A program made the position numbers and the translations under genes. A stretch of DNA of 64,000 nucleotides from Dehalococcoidales bacterium (lineage in GTDB: Bacteria > Chloroflexota > Dehalococcoidia > Dehalococcoidales > UBA1222). The notes under the pieces were generated by a model that saw only the letters and a list, made by a program, of their open reading frames with translations, did not search any database and was not told the DNA's origin. The stretch covers positions 4,903-68,902 of the forward strand of contig JAEEOC010000057.1 of assembly GCA_016284035.1 (NCBI GenBank). Direction: 5' to 3'. Within the stretch, counting starts at the first letter, position 1, and every line of letters starts with the position of its first letter. This document shows positions 39,982-50,391 of the stretch, one piece after another.

Positions 39982-40767
39982 ATGATCTTACTTTCCAACG
40001 ACGACGGAATCTATAACCAGAACATCTGGGCATTAGCCAAAGAACTCAAATCTATTGCTGAGATCGGCATCGTTGCTCCGACTTCACAGATGAGTGCGGT
40101 GGGAACACATCTGACACTCCGTGCACCGATCCGCATCAACGAATTCCCTGACCAGATCAAACAGTCGATTCCTTGTTACGCCGTAGACGGAACGCCAGGC
40201 GATTGTGTAGTCGTTGCCGACGAACACATCTTCCCGCATAAGATAGCCCTCATAGTGTCCGGTATCAACGACGGGATCAACCTCGGCGATGATATCGTCT
40301 TTTCTGGAACGGTCGCTGCTGCTTTGATGGGCTATTTACGCGATATCCCGTCTGTTGCAATGTCGATGCCCTTTGATTCGCCGCAATTGCTTCCTTTCGC
40401 AACGGGTCTTGTGAGACTCCTTTGTCAGGATATACTTGCAGACAAGCTGCCTTCAAAATCGTTCCTGATCAACATGAACTATCCCGCTGCAGATCCCAAA
40501 GACGTCAAAGGTATAAGACTGGTCAAGCCCGGACATAAGACGCATGTCGAAAGTGCAACGAAAAGCTCTGACGGACGCTATGACTACTACTGGCTGAAGT
40601 ACAAGGAAAAAGAAGCGATCCAGCCGGGAACCGACATCGATTATCTCAATCAGGGATATATAACCATCGTGCTGGTCAACAGGATGCTGTTCGGCCAAGG
40701 TCTGGACACCCTTGACAGCGCATATCTGGACGATCTTTTCGCCCGATTCAAAGCAGAGTTTATCTAA
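39982..40767 (+). CDS. surE: 5'/3'-nucleotidase SurE
   Basis: 261 aa with ILLSNDDGI...GINDGINLG...SGTVAAA. Confidence 0.92.
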   Translation: MILLSNDDGIYNQNIWALAKELKSIAEIGIVAPTSQMSAVGTHLTLRAPIRINEFPDQIKQSIPCYAVDGTPGDCVVVADEHIFPHKIALIVSGINDGINLGDDIVFSGTVAAALMGYLRDIPSVAMSMPFDSPQLLPFATGLVRLLCQDILADKLPSKSFLINMNYPAADPKDVKGIRLVKPGHKTHVESATKSSDGRYDYYWLKYKEKEAIQPGTDIDYLNQGYITIVLVNRMLFGQGLDTLDSAYLDDLFARFKAEFI

Positions 40768-40773
40768 GCACGG

Positions 40774-41190
40774 CTATCGCTTAGCTATCGTGATGCTTCC
40801 CCAAATGATAAGGCCGATCAAAGCGGCATAGAGAAGGACTGCAATGATACCGATGATGATTGCTCGTCTCTTGTGTTTCTTCAAAGAACTCCTGAATGTA
40901 TAGGTATCAGCACCGGTCTTTTCTCTGACAGGCTGGGGGACCAGCTGCCAAGCAACAGAGAAGAGCAGCGGCACGATCACCGCATCATCCAATGGACCGG
41001 GCAAGAAGTCATATGGGAGCAGAAGATAGATTATCGCGACCCCGGCAATGGCTTTGACCCAGATCGGGGTATCTGCATGGAAGATCGACATAACGACAGA
41101 TTTGATGGTGTCAATTAAACTGCCGGCACTGTTGTCGTCCTGTTCGTCGTCGATGACTTCGCCTTCGAATGGTTCTTTATCTTTGCTCAT
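40774..41190 (-). CDS. DUF1232 (YkvA-like) membrane protein
   Basis: 138 aa with the motif YLLLPYDFLPGPLDDAVIVPLL. Confidence 0.7.
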   Translation of the reverse strand: MSKDKEPFEGEVIDDEQDDNSAGSLIDTIKSVVMSIFHADTPIWVKAIAGVAIIYLLLPYDFLPGPLDDAVIVPLLFSVAWQLVPQPVREKTGADTYTFRSSLKKHKRRAIIIGIIAVLLYAALIGLIIWGSITIAKR

Positions 41191-41382
41191 ATTACTTGCC
41201 TCTAACTAGTATGATACAACATTTTTCAAATGATTTGGCGAAAAACGGACGATTATGCACGAAATTACTTTAATTTATACATAGACAATGCTCTGAACGT
41301 ATTGTATATTATTATGCCATTTGTTGAATTTATATCCTGAACACTTGGATTTTGAATACAAAAGATACACGAGGTAGCTGTT

Positions 41383-42207
41383 ATGTCGTCCAAAGAAGAA
41401 GAACTGAACTTTATCCGTCAACACAGCAAAGTTGCAATCGATGCAGCCATGGCCGGACAGTGGCAGGCTGCAATTGCAGAAAATACCCTTATCCTCAATA
41501 ACTACCCCGAAAACATCGATGCATTAAACAGGCTCGGCCGAGCATATATGGAAGTAGGCGATCTTGAATTAGCAAAAGAGACTTACCTTAAGGCCAAGAA
41601 CATTGACCCGTATAACAATATCGCCATCAAGAACCTGGCCAAGCTCGAAACGCTCCAAGAGAATCATTCTGCAAGCCAGAAGACCAAAGGCATCGACCCC
41701 CGTTTCTTCGTCGAAGAAGTCGGCAAGGCCGCCAATGTCAAGGTCGTCAATCTGGCTAAGAAGAAGATCCTGGCCGGTATCGTTGCAGGTGACGAAGTCG
41801 AACTCGTAACGACAGAAAAACATATCTTGGTCCTCAACGAGAACAACGATACCATCGGTTGGGTCGAACCTAAGATCGAACAGCGTCTCCTGAAACTGAT
41901 GAACGGCGGCAACAAGTATCAGGCCACTATCTCCAGTGCATCCCTGACAGAAGTCACTGTCCTCATTCGTGAGACTTACCAACACCCATCTCAAACTGGT
42001 ATAATGTCATTCTTAACAAAGGGTATTGAATTAGACTATTCTGCCGTCGGCGACAAGCTCCAGAGACAGCATCTGGAACAGGAAGATTCTCTTGAAGACG
42101 ACGGTGGGGCGGAGTTTGGCGACTACGACGATGATGCGCCTTTGGAAAACGAAGACGAGTTAGATGAAGTAGACGAAGACAAGCTCGAAGAAAACGAAGA
42201 GGTATAA
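41383..42207 (+). CDS. TPR-repeat protein with a central beta-rich domain and a polyacidic C-terminal tail, unknown function
   Basis: 274 aa. TPR-like helices occupy about residues 20-95. The tail reads EQEDSLEDDGGAEFGDYDDDAPLENEDELDEVDEDKLEENEEV. Its stop lies 3 nt before the gyrA ATG. Confidence 0.6.
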   Translation: MSSKEEELNFIRQHSKVAIDAAMAGQWQAAIAENTLILNNYPENIDALNRLGRAYMEVGDLELAKETYLKAKNIDPYNNIAIKNLAKLETLQENHSASQKTKGIDPRFFVEEVGKAANVKVVNLAKKKILAGIVAGDEVELVTTEKHILVLNENNDTIGWVEPKIEQRLLKLMNGGNKYQATISSASLTEVTVLIRETYQHPSQTGIMSFLTKGIELDYSAVGDKLQRQHLEQEDSLEDDGGAEFGDYDDDAPLENEDELDEVDEDKLEENEEV

Positions 42208-42210
42208 GTT

Positions 42211-44769
42211 ATGGCAGTTGAGGGCAACATCAAACTGACGAAAATCGAAAATGAGATGAAGACATCCTACCTCGATTACGCTATGAGCGTGATCGTGTCC
42301 CGTGCACTTCCGGATGCCCGTGATGGTCTCAAACCGGTACACCGCAGGATATTGTTCTCCATGCAGGATCTCAACGTCGTACACAATCAGCCGTACAGAA
42401 AGAGCGCCCGTATCGTCGGTGACGTACTCGGTAAGTACCACCCCCACGGCGACTCTTCAGTCTACGACGCAATGGTACGTCTGGCACAGAACTTCTCCAT
42501 GCGTCACTGTCTGGTCGACGGCCAGGGCAACTTTGGTTCAGTCGATGGTGATCCTCCTGCCGCTATGCGATACACCGAGGTCAGACTGACCGAATTCGGC
42601 GAGCAGATGCTTTCGGATCTCGACAAAGAGACCGTAGATTTCATGCCCAACTTCGACGACAGTCTCAAAGAGCCTGTAGTCCTTCCGACCAAGGTTCCCA
42701 ACCTCTTGATCAATGGTTCATCGGGTATCGCCGTCGGTATGGCTACCAATATCCCCACACATAACCTGGGAGAGATCTGTAAGGCTATCTCTTATTTGAT
42801 CGACAACCCCGAAGCCACCACTGATGAGCTTCTTGAATATGTACCCGGTCCGGATTTCCCGACCGGAGGTATCATCATCGGCAAGGAAGGTATCCGAACC
42901 GCTTATGCGACCGGTCGTGGCAAGATCGTCATCAGGGCCAAGGCCCACTTTGACGAGACACCCAGCGGACGTCGACAGATCATCGTTACCGAACTTCCTT
43001 ACCAGGTCAATAAAGCTGAACTTATCAAGAAGATTGCTGAACTCGTCAAGGACAAGAAGATCACCGGCATTGCCGAGCTCCGTGACGAATCCGACCGACA
43101 GGGCATGCGCGTCGCCATCGATCTCAAGCGTGATGCACAGCCTCAGCATCTTCTCAACCAATTATACAAACACACTCCTATGCAGACCGGTTTCGGCATC
43201 AATATGCTGGCCCTCGTCAAAGGCCAGCCGCGAGTCCTGACCCTCAAAGAAGCTCTCGAATGCTTCATCGAGTTCCGACACGACGTGATCGTCCGCAGAA
43301 CCAATCATGAACTGAAACTGGCCAAGGACCGCGCTCACATCTTAGAAGGTCTGAAGATTGCTCTCGATCATTTGGATGCCATCATCAAGACTATCCGTGA
43401 ATCGAAGAGCGTCGACGATGCCAGAACCAGTTTGATGGAGAATTATGAACTTACCAAGGTCCAGGCACAGGCTATTTTGGATATGCGACTCCGCGCACTG
43501 TCCAGCCTTGAACGCCAGGCCATCATCGATGAATATGAAGCACTCCTCAAGACCATCGCCGATCTTGAAGATTTGGTCACCAACAACACCAGGATCCTTG
43601 GTCTGGTCAAATCCGAAGCAGATGAGACCGGCGCCAAGTTCGGCAATGCTCGAATGACCGAGATCTCCAACGAAGGCTCTTCCGACCTCAACGAAGAAGA
43701 TCTGATCCCTCACGACTCAATGGTCATCACTCTTTCCGAGCGAGGCTTCATCAAGCGTGTTGCCACTTCCACCTATACTGCACAGCACCGAGGCGGAATG
43801 GGCAAGACCGCAATGACTACCAGAGACGAGGATCATATCCGCATCCTTACTGAAGCGGATACTCATGACAAGATCCTGTTCTTCACGAACCGCGGACGCG
43901 TTTTCAGCGTCAAATGTCACGAGATCAACCAAGACCTCTCTCGAGTAGGAAAAGGCATCTCTATCGTCAACCTGATTCCTCTCAGCGACAATGAAAAAGT
44001 AACCGCCATGGTCGATGTGAAAGACTTCACCGAGACCGAATACCTGGTCATGGCGACCGACGGCGGCGAAGTCAAGAAAGTCAAACTCGCTGATTTCTCC
44101 AAGATCCGCTCGACCGGTGTGATTGCATATGATCTTCCCAAGAGCGACAGCCTCATTTCTGCAACTATCGTCTCCGATGAAGACGAAGTGGTCATGGTCT
44201 CCCAGCACGGACAGTCCATCTGTTTCGATACCAAGGAAATCCGCACCAGCCTTAAGTCTTCCGGCGGCGTCTGTGGTTTCAATCTCAGCGTTGGTGACAG
44301 AGTCATCAGCATGAGCCGTGTCCGACCTGACGGTTTCCTCATGGTCGTCACATCCGAAGGTAACGGCAAGATCACTCCTATGAAGGCTTATCCTAGACAG
44401 CATCGCGCCGGTCTCGGCGTCCGTACCTTCCACATCAAAGACAAGACCGGTCCTCTGGTCGATGCACAGGTCGTTTCCAAAGACAGCGATGTCATGCTCA
44501 TCTCTGCCAACGGCGTAATGACCCGCACTCCTGTTACCGAAGATAATCCTAAACAGGGCATCACCATTCAGGGCAGAAGCACCCAGGGCGTCAGGGTCAT
44601 GACATTGAACCCCGGTGATCAGGTCGCATGCATTACAGTCATCGACGGCGTTATCGAAGAAGAAGCTGCTCAGCAGGCCGATGCCGAACCCGAAGCAGTT
44701 CCCGAAGCGGAGATCGTCGAAGAAAAACCTAAAAAAGCACCCCGAAAACGTAAATCCGAAGATAAATAA
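42211..44769 (+). CDS. gyrA: DNA gyrase subunit A
   Basis: 852 aa with [28 protein letters not shown], the active-site region AAMRYTE, a C-terminal beta-pinwheel and an acidic/Lys tail. Confidence 0.98.
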   Translation: MAVEGNIKLTKIENEMKTSYLDYAMSVIVSRALPDARDGLKPVHRRILFSMQDLNVVHNQPYRKSARIVGDVLGKYHPHGDSSVYDAMVRLAQNFSMRHCLVDGQGNFGSVDGDPPAAMRYTEVRLTEFGEQMLSDLDKETVDFMPNFDDSLKEPVVLPTKVPNLLINGSSGIAVGMATNIPTHNLGEICKAISYLIDNPEATTDELLEYVPGPDFPTGGIIIGKEGIRTAYATGRGKIVIRAKAHFDETPSGRRQIIVTELPYQVNKAELIKKIAELVKDKKITGIAELRDESDRQGMRVAIDLKRDAQPQHLLNQLYKHTPMQTGFGINMLALVKGQPRVLTLKEALECFIEFRHDVIVRRTNHELKLAKDRAHILEGLKIALDHLDAIIKTIRESKSVDDARTSLMENYELTKVQAQAILDMRLRALSSLERQAIIDEYEALLKTIADLEDLVTNNTRILGLVKSEADETGAKFGNARMTEISNEGSSDLNEEDLIPHDSMVITLSERGFIKRVATSTYTAQHRGGMGKTAMTTRDEDHIRILTEADTHDKILFFTNRGRVFSVKCHEINQDLSRVGKGISIVNLIPLSDNEKVTAMVDVKDFTETEYLVMATDGGEVKKVKLADFSKIRSTGVIAYDLPKSDSLISATIVSDEDEVVMVSQHGQSICFDTKEIRTSLKSSGGVCGFNLSVGDRVISMSRVRPDGFLMVVTSEGNGKITPMKAYPRQHRAGLGVRTFHIKDKTGPLVDAQVVSKDSDVMLISANGVMTRTPVTEDNPKQGITIQGRSTQGVRVMTLNPGDQVACITVIDGVIEEEAAQQADAEPEAVPEAEIVEEKPKKAPRKRKSEDK

Positions 44770-44787
44770 AAAGTTGAGGTTCATAAA

Positions 44788-45012
44788 ATGAAAGAAAAAG
44801 TTGAAGAAGTACTGGAAACTGTCAGACCGTCTTTGATTGCTGACGGCGGCAATGTTGAACTGGTCGATGTAGATGATGAGGGCGTCGTCCGACTGCGACT
44901 TACCGGGCATTGCGCCGGCTGCCCGATGTCCCAGATGACTCTCAAGAACGGTATCGAAAGAGTCCTCAAGGCCGCCATCCCCGAAGTACAGCAGGTCTTG
45001 GCTGTCGACTAA
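44788..45012 (+). CDS. NifU C-terminal-domain (Nfu-type) Fe-S cluster carrier
   Basis: 74 aa with ADGGNVELV...GHCAGCPMSQMTL. Confidence 0.88.
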   Translation: MKEKVEEVLETVRPSLIADGGNVELVDVDDEGVVRLRLTGHCAGCPMSQMTLKNGIERVLKAAIPEVQQVLAVD

Positions 45013-45032
45013 TCGCAATATCACAGATACTA

Positions 45033-45072
45033 AAAAGGGCTTGCAGAATCGTAACTGCAAGCCCTTTTGTTT
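45033..45072. terminator. Bidirectional intrinsic terminator between the nfu-like gene and lysC
   Basis: AAAAGGGCTTGCAG / CTGCAAGCCCTTTT 14-bp stem with A/T runs on both sides. Confidence 0.75.
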
Positions 45073-45086
45073 ATCAAAAAGTTATC

Positions 45087-46304
45087 TTATGCTTCGTTCA
45101 GACGGAAAGCCGAATGGAGGACTCTGACCGCATCCAGAACTTTGTCTTCCTTGACGATAACGGTAATTCGGATCTCTGAAGTACTGATGAGTTCGATGTT
45201 GATGTTGGCATCGGCAAGGCTGTTGAAGAAGGTGCTGGCATAGCCGGGGCCATTGAGCATAGAGCTGCCGATGACACTGACTTTGCCGATATGAGTATCG
45301 GTAAGCACTTCTCGGGCATTAAGCTTGCTGGCGACCTGGTTGACGATAGCAGTTGCTTTTTCAAGGTCGTCTTCGGTGATAGTGAAGGTAAGATCTGCCA
45401 TATTATTGATACTGGCGTTCTGGACGATGGTATCGACACTGATGCCGGCATCAGCCAAAGGTACAAAGACGGCAGCTGCGATACCCGGGGTATCGGGGAT
45501 ACCTAAGATCGTGACCTTGGCAACATTCATATCATGAGAAATAGCAGTGACTTTATTTCTAACTTCCAATTTTTCGCCTCCGTGAATAAGTGTGCCGGGG
45601 TTATTGGTAAAGCTGGATGCTACCCTTAACGGCATGTTGTAATACTCTGCCAGTTCGATAGCCCTGGGATGGACAACTTTCGAACCATATACAGACAGTT
45701 CCAGCATCTCTTCATAGGTCAGTTCCTTGAGCTGAGTCGCATCCGGAACGATCCTGGGATCAGCTGTATAGATACCCTCGGTATCGGTGTAACGGACACA
45801 GCTGTCAGCACCGAGCCTGGCGGCCAGTGCGACTGCGGTGGTATCTGATCCGCCGCGGCCGAGAGTGGTGATATCCATCTGTTCGGTAACTCCCTGGAAA
45901 CCGGCGACGATGACGATCTTGCCAGCCTGGAGCTCCGCGAGGATTCGCTGAGGATCGATATCCAAGATCAAAGCACGGGTGAAATTATTGGTGGTCTTGA
46001 TACCTGCCTGCAGACCTGATAATGAGATTGCTTCATAGCCCATGGTCTTCAGAGCCATAGCCAAAAGGGTGCTCGAGACCATTTCGCCTGTAGACAACAG
46101 CACGTCCAGCTCTCTGGTGCTTGGTTTGGGGGTAATCTGATGTGCAAGCTTCAGAAGATCGTCCGTGGTGTCTCCCATTGCAGATACGACGACTACGACG
46201 TCATTGCCGCTCATCTTGGTACCGACGATTCGTCGGGCCACATTCATGATTCGGCCGGCATCTGCAACAGATGTTCCTCCATATTTCTGTACGATTAAAG
46301 ACAC
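45087..46304 (-). CDS. lysC: Aspartate kinase
   Basis: 405 aa with VQKYGGTSV, two C-terminal ACT domains and a GTG start behind AGGGGC. Confidence 0.95.
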   Translation of the reverse strand: MSLIVQKYGGTSVADAGRIMNVARRIVGTKMSGNDVVVVVSAMGDTTDDLLKLAHQITPKPSTRELDVLLSTGEMVSSTLLAMALKTMGYEAISLSGLQAGIKTTNNFTRALILDIDPQRILAELQAGKIVIVAGFQGVTEQMDITTLGRGGSDTTAVALAARLGADSCVRYTDTEGIYTADPRIVPDATQLKELTYEEMLELSVYGSKVVHPRAIELAEYYNMPLRVASSFTNNPGTLIHGGEKLEVRNKVTAISHDMNVAKVTILGIPDTPGIAAAVFVPLADAGISVDTIVQNASINNMADLTFTITEDDLEKATAIVNQVASKLNAREVLTDTHIGKVSVIGSSMLNGPGYASTFFNSLADANINIELISTSEIRITVIVKEDKVLDAVRVLHSAFRLNEA

Positions 46305-46483
46305 TTTAAGCCCCTGAATTTAAAATTATTTCGTTATTATAGAGCAATTCATATGGATTACTACAAATCGATAGCGTAAATAGTATCTTTATTGGTGATA
46401 AGTGTCTATTCTTTTCAACCTTAGACTTTCATCGTTGAGAAGATTGCTAGTTTTGGAGAGTGTGGCATATAATGAACAAATTA

Positions 46484-46557
46484 CGGGGCGTAGCGCAGTT
46501 GGCCAGCGCGCAGCGTTCGGGTCGCTGAGGCCGGAGGTTCGAATCCTCTCGCCCCGA
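46484..46557 (+). tRNA. tRNA-Pro (anticodon CGG), CCA not encoded
   Basis: Hand-folded. The acceptor stem is CGGGGCG/CGCCCCG, the anticodon arm is CAGCG-TTCGGGT-CGCTG and the T loop is TTCGAAT. TATAAT sits at 46468-46473. Confidence 0.9.
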
Positions 46558-46585
46558 TTTTTCACCCAACTCCACCAGTTACGAT

Positions 46586-47980
46586 GTGATAATGAACGAG
46601 TCCATCCAAAAAAGAATAAGATCTTTTCTTATCGCAGAGGATATCAGACACATCGTCGTCGCAGTATCAGGCGGTTCTGATTCAGTATGTCTCCTTCACA
46701 ATCTGGCCATGCTCAAAAAAGAGCTGTCTTTGGACATCACGGCCGCTCATCTAGACCATATGATCCGCGGTCAGGAATCCTTAGATGACGCTATGGCAGT
46801 GGAATCATTATGTAAAAAACTTGCCGTTCCCTGCGAGACTGAGCATATCGATGTGCCGGCATATAAAAAAGAACACGGGATCTCCTCTATGGAAGACGCC
46901 GCCCGGATCGTCCGATATGATTTCCTGAAGAAAGTCGCCGATCGACACCAAGCCGTCGTTGCCACCGGACACAACGCTGACGATAATATTGAGACGGTAC
47001 TGATGCATATCATCCGCGGCTGCGGACCGACAGGACTGATCGGCCTCAAAATCAAAAGCTGTGTCAAGACAACCTGCGGACAGGTCATTGTGATCAGACC
47101 GCTGCTAAACGTCTCCAAATCCGAAATCAACGCCTACTGTCAGGATAATGATCTTCCGGTGCGTCAGGATTCCACCAATGACGATATCGAATATACGCGC
47201 AACCGCATCCGTAAAGAACTTATCCCTTTGCTCGAATCCTATAATCCCAATTTCAAAGACTCCGTCATCAGACTTGCCGAATCATCTGCTGAACAACAGT
47301 CATTTATCGAGGGACGCTCAAAGCAACTGTCCCTCATGATCGAGGAAGACAACGGTGACATCCTGATGGATCGTGATAGATTCGGACTGCTCCAGGACTA
47401 CGAGAAAAAACTCCTAATCACGAAAGCGATCGATACCATCTTAGGGCATCATCAGGATATCGAGAAGAAACACCTGGATGAGATGGTCGAACTGGAGAAG
47501 GGCGGGAGCGGACGCAAGATCCATCTGCCGAACGGTCTCGAATGGAGCATCGAATACAAAACTGTCCGTCTTTCGTGGCAGAAAAATGAACCGTCTTTCA
47601 GCGTCTTTTCGTCGACCCCATTAGAAACCAGTGGCCGGACAATCTATCCCGCCGGAGTGATCGATGCTGAAATTTGCGGCATCAGAGACGTCGATATCCA
47701 AAACGACAATCGTCATGCCTACATCGACGCTTCTCTGCTTTCGAACCCTTATATCCGATCAAAACTTCCCGGCGATGCATTCATCCCTTTCGGAGCAGAT
47801 GCAGAGATAAAGGTTGCCAGGTTCCTCATGAACCGGCATCTTTCCAAAGCTGAAAGAGAAAAGGTATTCCTGCTTTGCAACGGTGACGATATCGTCTGGG
47901 TGATCGGCAATCGTATCGATGACCGATATAAAATCACAGGCAGGACCAAGACCGTCCTTTGTCTTTCGGCGATATATTAA
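46586..47980 (+). CDS. tilS: tRNA(Ile)-lysidine synthetase
   Basis: 464 aa with PP-loop VAVSGGSDS and AHLDHMIRG. GTG at 46586 or ATG at 46592. Confidence 0.92.
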   Translation: MIMNESIQKRIRSFLIAEDIRHIVVAVSGGSDSVCLLHNLAMLKKELSLDITAAHLDHMIRGQESLDDAMAVESLCKKLAVPCETEHIDVPAYKKEHGISSMEDAARIVRYDFLKKVADRHQAVVATGHNADDNIETVLMHIIRGCGPTGLIGLKIKSCVKTTCGQVIVIRPLLNVSKSEINAYCQDNDLPVRQDSTNDDIEYTRNRIRKELIPLLESYNPNFKDSVIRLAESSAEQQSFIEGRSKQLSLMIEEDNGDILMDRDRFGLLQDYEKKLLITKAIDTILGHHQDIEKKHLDEMVELEKGGSGRKIHLPNGLEWSIEYKTVRLSWQKNEPSFSVFSSTPLETSGRTIYPAGVIDAEICGIRDVDIQNDNRHAYIDASLLSNPYIRSKLPGDAFIPFGADAEIKVARFLMNRHLSKAEREKVFLLCNGDDIVWVIGNRIDDRYKITGRTKTVLCLSAIY

Positions 47981-48046
47981 CTTTTTTTCGAACATGCTAT
48001 AATCACAATTAATGGACATACATAGACGCCGCTCGGAGTTACTTCG

Positions 48047-49165
48047 ATGTATGATGTGATCGTGGTTGGCGGCGGACCTGTTGGATCACGTGTAGCCATC
48101 GACCTGGCTGTCGGTGGTCTTTCTGTGCTTGTGCTCGAAAAGCGTCCCAACTTTGAAAAACACGTTTGCTGCACCGGTCTCATCAGTGCGACCTGTGTCA
48201 ACGATTTCCATATCCCTTCTCTTCTGACCCGTGAAGAATTCAACGGTGTGGAAGTGGTGTCCCCATTGGGACAGACCATCTCGACCTATCGTGAGATGCC
48301 CCAGGCCTATAACGTCAAAAGAAAAGATTTCGATGCCTGGTATGCTAACGAGGCCAAACTCGTCGGCGCTGAATATCTCAATAATTACCACGTGACTGAT
48401 ATCGTGAAGAAAGCCGATTATGTCGAAGTATCCTGCATGGGTACAGACGAGACCTTCCAGGGCAAACTCATAGTACTTGCCACCGGTTTCGGCGGAGACC
48501 TCATGGAAAAGTGCGGACTCAAAAAGAGCCGCAAATGGACCTATGGTATCCAAGGTATCGGCCACGAGAACACCCTTGAACACTTGAGAATGTTCGTCAA
48601 CAGACAGTTCTCAGCCAATTCCTTCGCCTGGGCCCTTCCGATCGATCATGAGAGAGCACTCTGCGGTCTTATGACCAATAAGAAACCAAAAGAATACTTT
48701 GCCGCATTCCAGGCATACCTTAACGAAAAAGGCTATGTGAAAGAGATCGATGATATCCAGATCCGCGGTATCACGATCAAGCCCACCTGGGACATCGTTT
48801 CTGACCGGGCGCTTGCAGTCGGAGATGTTGCCGGACAGGTCAAACCTATAACCGGCGGCGGCATTTATTATGGTCTGCTGTGTGCTGATCTGGCTGCTGA
48901 GACCATTCTGGACGCCTTCCAAGAGCACTCATTGGATAAAGAATCTCTGCTTCCCTACAAAGAAGAAGTTAAAAGCCTTCTGAAGAGAGAACTCAAGATC
49001 TCCGGAAGAGCCGCACGGGTCTTCGGAATGCTCGGCAACAAGACCATTGAAGCAGGTTTTCGATATGCCAAGAAGCACGGAGTCCTCGAGAAGCTGGCCG
49101 CCACAAATCTTCCTTTCGACTGGCATGCCGAAACGATCATTAAGCTCCTAAAGCGTTCTTTCTAG
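48047..49165 (+). CDS. Geranylgeranyl-reductase-family FAD-dependent oxidoreductase
   Basis: 372 aa with the Rossmann motif YDVIVVGGGPVGS and the later motif VGDVAGQVKPITGGGI. Confidence 0.8.
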   Translation: MYDVIVVGGGPVGSRVAIDLAVGGLSVLVLEKRPNFEKHVCCTGLISATCVNDFHIPSLLTREEFNGVEVVSPLGQTISTYREMPQAYNVKRKDFDAWYANEAKLVGAEYLNNYHVTDIVKKADYVEVSCMGTDETFQGKLIVLATGFGGDLMEKCGLKKSRKWTYGIQGIGHENTLEHLRMFVNRQFSANSFAWALPIDHERALCGLMTNKKPKEYFAAFQAYLNEKGYVKEIDDIQIRGITIKPTWDIVSDRALAVGDVAGQVKPITGGGIYYGLLCADLAAETILDAFQEHSLDKESLLPYKEEVKSLLKRELKISGRAARVFGMLGNKTIEAGFRYAKKHGVLEKLAATNLPFDWHAETIIKLLKRSF

Positions 49166-49225
49166 CAGTAAATAAGTGTTATTGATATAATCATCTATTG
49201 TGTCCAATAGATATGAGGTGTTGTT

Positions 49226-49699
49226 ATGGTCGCAAAAAAAGAAACTGTAAACAAGATTACACAAGAAGGTTATGATGCCCTTGTGGCCGAATTGCAGGAG
49301 CTTCAGAAGAAGCGTCCTGAGATCGTGAACGAAATCGAAAAAGCCAGAGCTGACGGTGATCTCAAGGAAAACGGTGCCTATCATGCCGCCCGTGAACAAC
49401 TGAGCTTCAATGACGGACGTATCGAAGAGATCGAAGCCATTTTGAAGAATGCAAAAGTCACCGAAACCAAAAGCAAGACCGTCGTCGGTCTGGGTACTAA
49501 AGTAAAACTTGTCAGCGAAGATAAGGCTACCACACTGCAGGTCACCATCGTCGGTGCCAGCGAAGCTGATTTCGCTGCCGGAAAAATGTCCTGCGAGTCC
49601 CCCATCGGCAAAGCCGTTCTGGGCAAGAAGAGCGGATCAGTCGTTACCGTCCAGACCCCCAAAGGTGCTACCAAATACAAGGTAGACATCGTTAAATAA
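49226..49699 (+). CDS. greA: Transcription elongation factor GreA
   Basis: 157 aa with ARADGDLKENGAYHAAREQ and SCESPIGKAVLGKK. Confidence 0.95.
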   Translation: MVAKKETVNKITQEGYDALVAELQELQKKRPEIVNEIEKARADGDLKENGAYHAAREQLSFNDGRIEEIEAILKNAKVTETKSKTVVGLGTKVKLVSEDKATTLQVTIVGASEADFAAGKMSCESPIGKAVLGKKSGSVVTVQTPKGATKYKVDIVK

Positions 49700-49714
49700 T
49701 CCCGTTGGATTCGG

Positions 49715-49760
49715 AAATAATAAAGGCGTTCACACAGGAAAGTGAACGCCTTTATTATTT
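49715..49760. terminator. Bidirectional intrinsic terminator
   Basis: AAATAATAAAGGCGTTCAC / GTGAACGCCTTTATTATTT 19-bp stem with an 8-nt loop, between convergent genes. Confidence 0.8.
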
Positions 49761-49775
49761 CCCTAAATCTTACTG

Positions 49776-50246
49776 TTATTCGTCGTCAGGTTCTATGAAA
49801 TCGCCTTCGATAGTATCGTCTTCTTCGGCTGCTTTGGCCTCAGCTTCAGCCTGCTTCTTCTGTTCATGCTCGTCCAGTTTCTCGACGAGCTTGTCAGCCC
49901 AATATGAGATGATGGGGATCCTGAAATCTTCGTGCTTGTAGGCCTTGATAATCATGATAACCCACAAACCCACACCGCCAATGGCAACGATCAGAGATAA
50001 AAGCGAGCCTATTACCGGAAAGATATTCAGACCCAAGGCCAGGACGATAATAGCGGTCGTAAAAATCGTGGACTGGGCAGCATTAAAACGGATGTATGCA
50101 TTCTGCTTGCTCAGTTTAAGGACAAGCGTTCCGGCAATGAAAGCACCAAGATAGCAGATGATGGAGACCAGGCTCTCTGCGAGTCCCGTTCTTCCTCTTT
50201 TTGAAGGATTTGCCAGATCCTGATTATCTGTATTTTTATTTGCCAT
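49776..50246 (-). CDS. DUF4870-like membrane protein with an acidic tail
   Basis: Motif AYIRFNAAQS, three TM segments and a C-terminus reading AEEDDTIEGDFIEPDDE. I prefer the ATG at 50246; the track ORF extends to 50267. Confidence 0.6.
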   Translation of the reverse strand: MANKNTDNQDLANPSKRGRTGLAESLVSIICYLGAFIAGTLVLKLSKQNAYIRFNAAQSTIFTTAIIVLALGLNIFPVIGSLLSLIVAIGGVGLWVIMIIKAYKHEDFRIPIISYWADKLVEKLDEHEQKKQAEAEAKAAEEDDTIEGDFIEPDDE

Positions 50247-50317
50247 AATATCAAACAATACAATCACTTACGCTCAAAGTCAATAACTACCGTCTGTAAA
50301 AGGTCCTCTTAAAATGT

Positions 50318-50346
50318 TTGACCGAGCCTGCATTCATAGGTATATT
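50318..50346 (+). promoter_or_regulatory. Sigma70-type promoter of the acyl-CoA synthetase gene
   Basis: TTGACC (50318-50323), a 17-nt spacer, then TATATT (50341-50346). Confidence 0.5.
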
Positions 50347-50347
50347 T

Positions 50348-50362
50348 AGTGTTTATAACACT
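50348..50362 (+). promoter_or_regulatory. Palindromic operator candidate
   Basis: AGTGTT-TAT-AACACT, perfect 6-bp arms, starting 2 nt after the -10 and covering the expected transcription start. Confidence 0.45.
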
Positions 50363-50391
50363 GAGACCCATAGTTATATTGAGGAATAAAG

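Noticed and set aside
43717-45060. A 447-aa minus-strand ORF running antisense through the gyrA 3' end, the spacer, the nfu-like gene and into the terminator.
   Set aside because: Its product is low-complexity and Phe/Gly-rich ([19 protein letters not shown]...). It lies fully antisense to two genes with unmistakable homology-type motifs, has no ribosome-binding site and crosses a terminator hairpin. It is a shadow ORF caused by codon bias.
46305-46483. Lysine (L-box) riboswitch upstream of lysC.
   Set aside because: The minus-strand leader is only about 30 nt between a TATAAT and the GTG start. No L-box helices or conserved AGAGGNGC-type cores are visible.
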